This document shows positions 38,711-47,245 of a DNA stretch of 64,000 nt, in pieces. This DNA is from an uncultured Clostridia bacterium (GTDB lineage Bacteria; CAYTYR01; UBA6262), in the NCBI GenBank assembly GCA_964441745.1, contig CAYTYR010000001.1, positions 62,001 to 126,000 of the forward strand, given 5' to 3'. The stretch's first letter is position 1. Each line of letters begins with the position of its first letter. The notes beneath the pieces were generated by a model. It worked only from the letters and a program-made list of their open reading frames with translations. It was not told the origin of the DNA and did not search any database. The position numbers and the translations under genes are program-made.

Positions 38711-41425
38711 CTAAGATTGTTTTATCTCATAATTCTCTATCAATTCTCTAAAATTCCTTGGCTTATATTTCTCAAACTCATCCTGCCTAACATACAAACA
38801 ATAGCATCTGACTTCGCTCTGTGATTTATTAATATCTTCACACCACTGTTTTAGACGCGCGATCTTAAGTGGATCATCCAAATCCTCCCGGCCTTTCGTT
38901 TCAACGATGTAAGTTTCTTTTTCAGAGACCTTTACGAAGAAATCTGGATAATAATCTCTAATCTCGCCAGTAGCATTACGGTAGTCTATCTTAAAATGCA
39001 CTGCGAAATAATTCTTTGCATATGATATGAGATCCTCACATTTTTCCAGGAAACTCGCTATCTCCAGCTCAAAATGACTGTCTCCGACGATTTTATTAAA
39101 TACACTCTTCTGAGGAATAAGATATCCTTGTTCTTTAACCACAAAAGGCCGGCATTTACTAATCTTAATATAATCCCGTATTTCAGCTTCGCCCTGATCA
39201 AGAATGGTCAAATCGTTTATTTTCTTTTTGAACGTCTCAATGATTGTTTTTGTGACTTCGAGTTCTGATAGATTACGCAATATATTTAAATCCTCTAAAT
39301 TAACAACTGTCACAAAAAGGTGTTCTTGTATAAATTCTTTTACCTTCCCATAAAGCGCATCGTACCCGCTAACAAGCCTCAGTTCTTTCATGATGACTTG
39401 AGCAAAATAGCCAACTACGCTTTGATAATTTGCTGCGGAATCGGAATCCAATTCGGTTTTGTGTGATATCTCGCCAGTCGCAATATCCTTAAAAACGATC
39501 TCCCGTTTCTGTTCTTCCGTGAATTGCCTGACCGCAATCCTTGTCTGTCCAAAGTTGCGGACATCAAGATCTGATAGATTTTTATATTCCCGGTAAAGGC
39601 GCGGCGTTAATATTGGTAACTGAATATCCAACTTATCAATATCTTTTTTGACGTTCTCTTTGTCAACTTCTACGACAATAGGCATATTAGGAGCAGCGCC
39701 TTCACCCATCTTGCGTCTTTCAAGCTCAACTCCTTCACTCTGAATAGATTCAACAAAATCCATGAAAGCATCAGTGCCGACAACGCTCACCATTTCCTGA
39801 AGATTAGCGTCACGATACATCCGGCGTAAGCCGCGGCCCATGGTCTGCTCAGGCAAAATATTACTCGCGGAAGAATACGGCCTAAGGCCCACAATCGTAG
39901 TAACATTACGAACATCCCAGCCTTCTTTTAACATCAAAACTGAAACAATCACCTTATAAGGATTATCCAGCTTATCTATCTTATTGGCAGCCTCGCGCAA
40001 TTCGTCCAATTCCTCTTTCTTTTTCCCGGTCACCCTCTCGGCAATGTCGCCATTATTCTTGGTATGAATAATCAAAACAGCATCTTTTCCGCCAGAGGCG
40101 GATCCGCCTGCTGCGGAAAATTCCTGATACCTGTTCCTGAGATATTCCGCCACCTCGTCACAATTGCGAGTATCATCGGTCATAATAAACAGGACTGCCT
40201 TCTTTCCAAGCTTGGCATGCTCTTCATATACCTTTTTCCATTCAAGATAGCCAAGGTGGATATAATCCTCATATTTTTCGGTATATTTTGAGCTTTTCTT
40301 TTCAACCAATTTAGCCCGGCTGGCTGAATCGGGAAGCACCGGATGCTTGACCACATCCTGATGAATTGCTTCAACGAGAGGATAATCGCAGACCGTCTGG
40401 ACGAAAATTGCTCCGTTATTGTGGCGGGGTGTTGCCGTCACATCTATCTGAAGCGATAACTCCGCGCCTTTCATCTTAAGACGGTTATGAATATCTTCGA
40501 TAGATTTAAACCAGGCAAGTTTCTCATCGTGGATATGATGCGCTTCGTCATTCAAGATAACCAATTCATCGATATTGCGAACAATCTCTGACACGTCAAC
40601 CTTAGACTCGTTCGTAGCGCCGGCAGGCTTGTTCCCCAGGAAATAATCCGAGGTATCTTCATCCTCAAAAGACGGATTTATGTCACTGCTCTCGTACACT
40701 CGGTGGATGTTGGTCAAGAATATATTGCCGGTTTTCCGTAACGCGCCTATCTCATCTTGAATATGCAAAGTTACCTGAAAATCATCCTTCCAATTCTGTC
40801 CGCCGATACCATTTTCAGGGATAACCGGATCTATAAAAAATATTTTAAGTCCGTCAAAGTCTGCCCGAATACGGTCCAGAACGATAATATTCGGCGTTAT
40901 TATAAGGAAATTGCGCGCTAAAGCCGATCCCGCTTCATACATTTTATGGAAATAACTCCACGCCAGGATAAGACTCAAAACCTTGGTCTTGCCGCTGCCC
41001 GTCGCCATCTTGATTACGAAACGCCGCCATGTTTCAGCAAACATGCCCGGGGTCAATATCCCGGAGCTATCAAAACGCAAGAGATCGTATTTATCCTTAA
41101 TCTTTACAATCTCATAAAGATAAACAATTGTTTCAACCGACTCCCGCTGAGCAAAATAGTACTGAAAAAGATATTCCTCCCCATCAGCATTATACATCGG
41201 ATGATCAGTCTTAAACCACCAACGAAGAAGCGCTTTGCTCGTGGCGCAGGCGCCTTCATAATCAGAGTTCCGCCACTCTTCCACCAACTTGCGCAGCTTT
41301 GCCACCAGCGGAGGCAAGAGCTTTTCGTAGCCTTTTTCGCGCAATGTCTCATCCGCTGGAAACCAGCGTAACTCCGGTTTGATGATCTCATATGGGGATT
41401 TTGGAAATTCAGGATGTATAGCCAT
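38711..41425 (-). CDS. res: Type III restriction-modification Res subunit (SF2 helicase plus PD-(D/E)xK nuclease)
   Basis: MATGSGKT, DEAHH, TATP, LKEGWD, QTMGRGLR, YYPDF...IVETKG. Confidence 0.9.
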   Translation of the reverse strand: MAIHPEFPKSPYEIIKPELRWFPADETLREKGYEKLLPPLVAKLRKLVEEWRNSDYEGACATSKALLRWWFKTDHPMYNADGEEYLFQYYFAQRESVETIVYLYEIVKIKDKYDLLRFDSSGILTPGMFAETWRRFVIKMATGSGKTKVLSLILAWSYFHKMYEAGSALARNFLIITPNIIVLDRIRADFDGLKIFFIDPVIPENGIGGQNWKDDFQVTLHIQDEIGALRKTGNIFLTNIHRVYESSDINPSFEDEDTSDYFLGNKPAGATNESKVDVSEIVRNIDELVILNDEAHHIHDEKLAWFKSIEDIHNRLKMKGAELSLQIDVTATPRHNNGAIFVQTVCDYPLVEAIHQDVVKHPVLPDSASRAKLVEKKSSKYTEKYEDYIHLGYLEWKKVYEEHAKLGKKAVLFIMTDDTRNCDEVAEYLRNRYQEFSAAGGSASGGKDAVLIIHTKNNGDIAERVTGKKKEELDELREAANKIDKLDNPYKVIVSVLMLKEGWDVRNVTTIVGLRPYSSASNILPEQTMGRGLRRMYRDANLQEMVSVVGTDAFMDFVESIQSEGVELERRKMGEGAAPNMPIVVEVDKENVKKDIDKLDIQLPILTPRLYREYKNLSDLDVRNFGQTRIAVRQFTEEQKREIVFKDIATGEISHKTELDSDSAANYQSVVGYFAQVIMKELRLVSGYDALYGKVKEFIQEHLFVTVVNLEDLNILRNLSELEVTKTIIETFKKKINDLTILDQGEAEIRDYIKISKCRPFVVKEQGYLIPQKSVFNKIVGDSHFELEIASFLEKCEDLISYAKNYFAVHFKIDYRNATGEIRDYYPDFFVKVSEKETYIVETKGREDLDDPLKIARLKQWCEDINKSQSEVRCYCLYVRQDEFEKYKPRNFRELIENYEIKQS

Positions 41426-41445
41426 AATTTATCTTAAAACTCCTA

Positions 41446-41474
41446 TTGACAATATTATAATATTGTGTTATATT
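41446..41474 (+). promoter_or_regulatory. Near-consensus sigma70 promoter for a small RNA
   Basis: TTGACA (41446-41451), 17-bp spacer ending in TGn, TATATT (41469-41474); predicted TSS near 41481. Confidence 0.8.
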
Positions 41475-41480
41475 AATTAT

Positions 41481-41580
41481 GGAGTTACTGGATCACGTAT
41501 CCTGTGACTAATGTCACACGGGGCATTGACCCAGGACCCAGGACTCCAAAAATCCTCTTAAAATATTAAGAGGATTTTTT
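41481..41580 (+). ncRNA. Candidate structured ncRNA associated with a DUF3800 gene
   Basis: Nested stems GGAGUU/GACUCC, CUGG/CCAG and UCCU/AGGA enclose the hairpins GUGAC-UAAU-GUCAC and GGG-loop-CCC; bounded by a promoter and a terminator; no ORF. Confidence 0.7.
41548..41580. terminator. Bidirectional intrinsic terminator shared by the ncRNA and the DUF3800 gene
   Basis: Perfect 14-bp stem AAAAATCCTCTTAA-AATA-TTAAGAGGATTTTT with a T-run on each strand; overlaps the DUF3800 stop codon. Confidence 0.8.
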
Positions 41581-42366
41581 GTTTGGCCTGAACAACCATA
41601 TATTAAACTTCGTTGACCGCGCGACATAGTATTTCTTTCCTTTCACCTGTATAGCGCCTGATAGAGTTATTTTATCGAAAATATATTTCATTAATTCAAC
41701 TTTAGCTTTTTTTGCCGCGGGATTTCGGAATAAACCGTTTTGTAAGTACCCAATCGCGCCCATAATCACATCAGCGATCTGAATAAACGGTGTCTGCTTT
41801 GAATCAATTGGTAATATATTTTTCACAAAAGAGACCGACTCTTGAGTCTCCGCAGGATTCAGAAGCGGTAGAAACCTATTGCGCAGGGCCACTTCCAGAC
41901 ACTGGTGTAATTTATCAAGACTAACGCGCGCTTGAGCCGGGTTAGTGATACTGTCAGGATAGATTTTATACAGAGCTGGAGTTTTTGAATTATGGTAATA
42001 AAGTTGATAAAGAAGCTTAAAGTACCCCTCCTCCTTAATGTTTCCGAACGCCGTAACAGCTGCATCCTGAGTGTCAACAAGAATCACATTAAAACGAGCT
42101 ATATCTTCTGCAATCCATTTAAACGCTATATCAGCCAATTCTTTATAGACCGGCAAATAGCGCTGTGAAACCTTTGTCCACTTAAACTCACCAAGAAAAT
42201 CGACATGCTGTCCTTGAGAATTAACAAAACCGTGTCTTTTGCGGAAAGCAGCAATTTCATTCTCCGCCGCTTTGATTTTTGGCTCCTCGATCCATAAGCC
42301 CGCCAGGAGCAAAAATCGTTCATTTCTATGCCGGCTTTCATCTGAGTAAATATGGATACACTTCAT
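41566..42366 (-). CDS. DUF3800 family protein (predicted RNase H-like fold)
   Basis: N-terminal IYSDES, EFKW, YPD and C-terminal DSK...IQIADVIMGA pattern. Confidence 0.8.
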   Translation of the reverse strand: MKCIHIYSDESRHRNERFLLLAGLWIEEPKIKAAENEIAAFRKRHGFVNSQGQHVDFLGEFKWTKVSQRYLPVYKELADIAFKWIAEDIARFNVILVDTQDAAVTAFGNIKEEGYFKLLYQLYYHNSKTPALYKIYPDSITNPAQARVSLDKLHQCLEVALRNRFLPLLNPAETQESVSFVKNILPIDSKQTPFIQIADVIMGAIGYLQNGLFRNPAAKKAKVELMKYIFDKITLSGAIQVKGKKYYVARSTKFNIWLFRPNKKSS

Positions 42367-42475
42367 CTAAATATTAACCTTAAACACACCCTTAATTCTA
42401 CTCATATATCACCCCTAGTTTTCCATATATCAGCTATATCTAAAGCGGATTCTTTATATCTTCCCCGTAGAAACC

Positions 42476-44755
42476 TTAAATATTCACCTCAATCACTTTC
42501 ATCGTATCATTGCCGAATATATCCACTACCTTGACCGCGATTTTACGGCGGCCTTTGGGGCATTCGCGGAACACGCTCTTTAACTCAATCGTTCGATCCT
42601 TCTTGGTGCGGAATGACTGCCACTCGTTCTCAAAGACATAGTCGCCAGTCCAAACCTCTTCAATCGCGCCATCGTCTTTTTTGACCCGGATGATCTCTTT
42701 TTTGCTTTCAAAATCAAAGTCAATCGCCCAATAGTCAATCCAGTCTGTCCATTTCTTAGTCAAAACCTCGCGCTTGATGATATCTTTATCGTCTTTGGTG
42801 ACTTTGATAATCTTGCCATTCTCAACGTAAATCTTGCTTCCGCCGTTTTTAAGTGACGATTCAACATTAGCAATCGTATCCTGATTGTAATAAACACTGA
42901 AATCTACAAGCTCGATAGCCACGCCTTTTTTCTGAACAATCGGCTTCACCTCAATATACGAAACATCGTGAAAAACAACCTGATTTTTCTCAACAGCCCG
43001 TTTGTCAAACACATCTTTGGGGATATATTTCAAAGCCAGATCAATCCCTTTTGACTTAGCTTCTTCTTGAATATTCGGGAAAAGCCCCATTTCAAATTCA
43101 AAGGCGAGAATATCAACCTTGACGAGCTTTTTCTCCAGGCATTCTTTGATAATCTCCTCAACAAATCGGCGGGTGACAGGAAGATTAATGGGGCCGACCG
43201 CAACTAACCGCGCGGCTTTCTTACCATGAAGTGTTTTGAAACTGTCAACTTTCTCAGCCCGATAGGCCCGTAGGATAAGCTCAAGAAAGTCTTTTTCACG
43301 ATTGGCAAGTTGCTTTTCTTTTTCTTGATCTCTCAGGTTCGGATTAACTCCAATATAATGCTGGCGTTCGTACTTTCCAAGATTCAAAATTTCAAATGCC
43401 CGGTAATCCTTGCCTGCTTCTTTTAATTCACGTTGAACCGAGATCATACGCTTGCGGGTTGTATGAATGGCAAACTTGCCAAGATCAGCCCCGATCCACT
43501 TCCGGCCAAGTTTTTCAGCAACAGCCATTGTTGTCCCAGAGCCGCAGAAGAAATCTGCAACAATATCGCCTTCGTTGGAAGAAGACAAAACTATTCTTTC
43601 AAGTAATTTTTCTGGTTTTTGAGTTGGATATTCACCTTTTTCAAGTCCTATGTCTTGCCAAATATTCTGCAACTCAACACCTGAAAGTTCATCAAGATAT
43701 TGCTTAATGTTCGGCATCCCATTTTTTGACCAAGCAATTCTGCCTATGGCGTCCAATTCTTCCAGTGCCTTAATGGTGTCACTCTTTGCTTCGTCACTCA
43801 ATTCATTGAGAACATAACCAGGAATTGCCCAATGTCGTCCTTTTCCTATTCGACATGGTTCAATGTTTCGCCATGCCATTCCTGACTTACCTGCTGTTTT
43901 TCCCGGTGCTGTAAGAGGACTTTCTCGGTATTTTCGACCATTCTTATCTGTTCTTCTAAACATTGCCTCAATATAATCTTCATTGTATTGACTATATTGT
44001 TGATTCCAAATTGCATCTTTAGACTTTGTGTAGAAAAATATACTATCGGTAACATTGTTATAGAAAGAGCTTCCTGCTCTCGCAGTCGTCCGCTTCCATG
44101 ATACCTCTGATTGATATGCATTCTTACCAAAAATTTCCTCAAGTACTATTCTGAGATAACTATTTAATCGCCAATCACAATGCACATAAATACTACCATC
44201 AGGAGCCAATAGATCCCGCATTAACGAAAGCCGTTCGTAGATCATCGCAATGAAACTATCAGCGCCTTTGCCCCAGGTGTCGCGATACGCAAGCTCTTCC
44301 AAAACCGACGGCGCTTTCGTGAATTGGTCATCGCCGATTTCAATATTCATTGAAAAGTCCGCGCCAACATCAAAAGGCGGGTCAATGTAAATCAGTTTAA
44401 TCCCGCCCTCTTTCTCAATTTCTTCCCTGATTGGCCCGTTTTTCAGACTGCTTAAAATGAGTTTATTGTCACCCCAAATAAGCTTATTCGTCCAGCCTTT
44501 GATCTGCCTGCCACGGTTATCAAGATCAAAAAGATCCATTTGCAGTTTTGTTTCTTTTTCAGAACGCGGCTCATCTACTTGCTCTATGATTTGAAAAGGC
44601 AGCGCCACATTGCATATTTCATTTGTCTTGCCATTCCAAACCAGCTCAACTTCTCGCTTTTCTTCAAAAAGCAAAAAGCGGTACATATCCGGCAGAGGTT
44701 TCCCGGCTTCCAGATATTTTACAATATCTCTGATCTCATTATCCGTTAGTTTCAT
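42476..44755 (-). CDS. mod: Type III R-M Mod subunit (beta-class amino-methyltransferase)
   Basis: IYIDPPF (motif IV) precedes YPTQKP and DFFCGSGTT (motif I); long C-terminal extension. Confidence 0.9.
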   Translation of the reverse strand: MKLTDNEIRDIVKYLEAGKPLPDMYRFLLFEEKREVELVWNGKTNEICNVALPFQIIEQVDEPRSEKETKLQMDLFDLDNRGRQIKGWTNKLIWGDNKLILSSLKNGPIREEIEKEGGIKLIYIDPPFDVGADFSMNIEIGDDQFTKAPSVLEELAYRDTWGKGADSFIAMIYERLSLMRDLLAPDGSIYVHCDWRLNSYLRIVLEEIFGKNAYQSEVSWKRTTARAGSSFYNNVTDSIFFYTKSKDAIWNQQYSQYNEDYIEAMFRRTDKNGRKYRESPLTAPGKTAGKSGMAWRNIEPCRIGKGRHWAIPGYVLNELSDEAKSDTIKALEELDAIGRIAWSKNGMPNIKQYLDELSGVELQNIWQDIGLEKGEYPTQKPEKLLERIVLSSSNEGDIVADFFCGSGTTMAVAEKLGRKWIGADLGKFAIHTTRKRMISVQRELKEAGKDYRAFEILNLGKYERQHYIGVNPNLRDQEKEKQLANREKDFLELILRAYRAEKVDSFKTLHGKKAARLVAVGPINLPVTRRFVEEIIKECLEKKLVKVDILAFEFEMGLFPNIQEEAKSKGIDLALKYIPKDVFDKRAVEKNQVVFHDVSYIEVKPIVQKKGVAIELVDFSVYYNQDTIANVESSLKNGGSKIYVENGKIIKVTKDDKDIIKREVLTKKWTDWIDYWAIDFDFESKKEIIRVKKDDGAIEEVWTGDYVFENEWQSFRTKKDRTIELKSVFRECPKGRRKIAVKVVDIFGNDTMKVIEVNI

Positions 44756-44761
44756 ACTCTA

Positions 44762-45214
44762 TCACCTATATTTATCATCAATTATTAGATGTCCAATTCC
44801 ATGATCATTTATTTCCTTTTCGTATTTTTTACCGCAGGTCTCCTGTTTAACAAATCTTTCTTCCCGGCTCATCTTTTTTATCTGCTCTTTAGTATATGTC
44901 TTGTAGAAATCACGCGCGGCTAATCTTTCTATCAAGCCTTCCCAAAAATTATCTTCTTCATAATCATCAATATACTGCTGTAATTCAGGATTGTCTTCAA
45001 ATTTCCGAGTGGGGAAATGTCCTTTGAAAGCCTGGTCATATATAGCCATCTCTCCCAATCCAGCTTTATGAGCAAAGGAAAATACATAGCTCTCTAAATC
45101 CTCATATTTTCGAACTACATCATCTATTCTAATCGCGTTAATCATCCAATTGCCAAGATAAATCAATTTAAGTAAATCTTCATACTGTTCCTTGGTTAAT
45201 TTCAACTCTATCAT
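44762..45214 (-). CDS. Hypothetical acidic protein at the R-M island edge
   Basis: 150-aa ORF with RBS GGAG; no motif recognised. Confidence 0.7.
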   Translation of the reverse strand: MIELKLTKEQYEDLLKLIYLGNWMINAIRIDDVVRKYEDLESYVFSFAHKAGLGEMAIYDQAFKGHFPTRKFEDNPELQQYIDDYEEDNFWEGLIERLAARDFYKTYTKEQIKKMSREERFVKQETCGKKYEKEINDHGIGHLIIDDKYR

Positions 45215-45224
45215 TTTCTCCGCC

Positions 45225-45578
45225 TTATTTAAAATATATTGCCTGTGCTATAGCATAATTGTTACAATGTGATAAAGAGACGGCGATGTTCTTTTCCAAT
45301 TTCTTTAACTTCCCGCTTAATACTGCTTCGGGCTTGCCATTATCCTGGTTCCTAATGCTAATATCGATCAGAGCAACGCCTTTGGAGCCAAGAGCTTTCA
45401 GGATCGCTTCTTTAGCGGCAAAACGCACCGCATAATGCTGATATTTATTAGCCTTTCCCTCACAATACGCTATTTCCCGTGCGGTAAAAACCCTTTTCCG
45501 GAAAGCCTTGCTTCCGGCGATCACTTTCTTTATTCTTTTTGTCTCAATAATATCAATGCCAGTTCCTATTATCTTCAT
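45225..45578 (-). CDS. acpS: Holo-ACP synthase
   Basis: GTGIDI, RFAAKEA, GKP, VSLSH. Confidence 0.95.
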   Translation of the reverse strand: MKIIGTGIDIIETKRIKKVIAGSKAFRKRVFTAREIAYCEGKANKYQHYAVRFAAKEAILKALGSKGVALIDISIRNQDNGKPEAVLSGKLKKLEKNIAVSLSHCNNYAIAQAIYFK

Positions 45579-45594
45579 TTTCTCTTCCCTCTTT

Positions 45595-45680
45595 TTACCC
45601 CTCTACCACTTACCACCTTACCACCTTACCACTGTTTAACTTACTCCCCTACCCCTCTACCACTTACCACTTTATTACTA
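45595..45680. repeat. Degenerate 7-8-mer tandem repeat (TTACCAC/CTACCCC)
   Basis: ctctaccacttaccaccttaccaccttaccact...; a related tract lies at 50681-50708. Confidence 0.7.
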
Positions 45681-45681
45681 T

Positions 45682-47079
45682 TTATTCAAATATCTTCCCT
45701 GGATTCAGAATATTGTTCGGGTCAAAAGTTTTCTTGATTTGCTTCATAATATTTATCTCGGCTGCAGACAGCACCCGGGGCACATACTTTTTCTTAGTCA
45801 CGCCGATCCCATGCTCGCCGCTAATAGTGCCTCCAGCGGCCACGGTAATATCAAATACGCCGTTGATAGCTTCCGGCAATATTTTATTCCATACTTCATC
45901 CGCCAAGTTCTTTTTCAGTATATTCACATGTATATTGCCGTCGCCTAAATGCCCGAAACAAACTATTTGCACGGCCAGTTTTTTACTCAATTCCTGGAGC
46001 TGGCTCAGCACATGCGGCATTTGGTTAATCGGCACAACGATATCTTCACTTACTTTCAACCCACCGGTAAGCTTCAGCGATTCACTGATCTTACGGCGCA
46101 CTTCCCAGAGTTTTTCCTGGTTAGCTTTGGTATCTGCCACCAGTACGTCTTTGGCGCCCTTATGCAAACATAACTCTCCCACCATCTCTGCCTGTTTTTC
46201 CAGGTATTCTTTATCGTCACCATCCAATTCTATTAATATTTGCGCTTCTGCTTCCCGGAAAGGTAACTGCCGCTGTAAGCATTCTTCACACGCGAGGATA
46301 CTATCCTTATCCATAAATTCTATGGCGGCCGGGATCACTTTGCTTTTAATTATTTCCACGATAGTCTGGGAGGCGGCAGCATAGTTATCAAATGGCACTA
46401 GTAAATCGATTTTCACTTTGGGTAAGGGCACTAATTTCAGGATGATCTTGGTAATAATAGCCAGGGTCCCTTCACAGCCAATGATCAAACTGATCAGGTC
46501 ATAACCAACTACATTTTTTAGCAGTTTACCGCCAAGTTTAATAATTTCCCCGGTGGGCAGCACTGCTTCAAAGCCAACTACATAATCTTTAGTTACCCCA
46601 TATTTTACTGCCCTGGCGCCGCCGGCACATTCAGCCAGGTTCCCGCCGATATGGCAGGAATCCAGGCTGGCTGGATCAGGGGGATAAAACAAACCTCTCT
46701 TTTCCACTTCCGACTGTAATACCCCGGTAATGACTCCCGGCTCAGTGACGATCATCATATTTTCTTCGTCGATCTCCAGGATCTTGTTCATCTTTTCCAG
46801 GGAGAGGACGATCCCACCCAGAGTCGGGACAGCCCCGCCGCTTAAACCTGTCCCAGCGCCACGAGGGACAACAGGCACCATATATTTATTGGCCAATTTC
46901 ATGATCTCGGAAATCTGGGCAGCCGTTTCGGCCTTTACCACCAGGTCGGGAATTGACTGCAAGCCCATGGTTTCATCATGGCTATAATCCTGCAGAGCTG
47001 TTTTATCGGATAATATATTCTCAGAACCGACAATGGCAGCCAAGCTTGTTTTAATCTCGTTGCTATTGGATATGGTCAT
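45682..47079 (-). CDS. GlcD-like FAD-linked oxidase / D-2-hydroxyacid dehydrogenase
   Basis: PRGAGTGLSGG, YPPDPAS, KYGVT, GHLGDGNIH, SGEHGIG, LNPGKI. Confidence 0.9.
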   Translation of the reverse strand: MTISNSNEIKTSLAAIVGSENILSDKTALQDYSHDETMGLQSIPDLVVKAETAAQISEIMKLANKYMVPVVPRGAGTGLSGGAVPTLGGIVLSLEKMNKILEIDEENMMIVTEPGVITGVLQSEVEKRGLFYPPDPASLDSCHIGGNLAECAGGARAVKYGVTKDYVVGFEAVLPTGEIIKLGGKLLKNVVGYDLISLIIGCEGTLAIITKIILKLVPLPKVKIDLLVPFDNYAAASQTIVEIIKSKVIPAAIEFMDKDSILACEECLQRQLPFREAEAQILIELDGDDKEYLEKQAEMVGELCLHKGAKDVLVADTKANQEKLWEVRRKISESLKLTGGLKVSEDIVVPINQMPHVLSQLQELSKKLAVQIVCFGHLGDGNIHVNILKKNLADEVWNKILPEAINGVFDITVAAGGTISGEHGIGVTKKKYVPRVLSAAEINIMKQIKKTFDPNNILNPGKIFE

Positions 47080-47245
47080 CTTGGGGTTATTTTACCTCAT
47101 TTCCGCCCTTTATTCAATTTATTTCTTGCCCGCATCTTCAGGTTATGTTAGGATATAAATAATTAAATCCCACCAGAGTTATGCCAGGCCTTTCGCCGCT
47201 CCAGGGTAAGCCATCCAGACTCGGGAGACTAAAGTTCCCAAGAGG

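Noticed and set aside
47161-47245. THF or cobalamin riboswitch call
   Set aside because: Only short coincidental matches (CAGAGT, CCGCTCCA); the core architecture is absent. Kept only as an unclassified structured leader.
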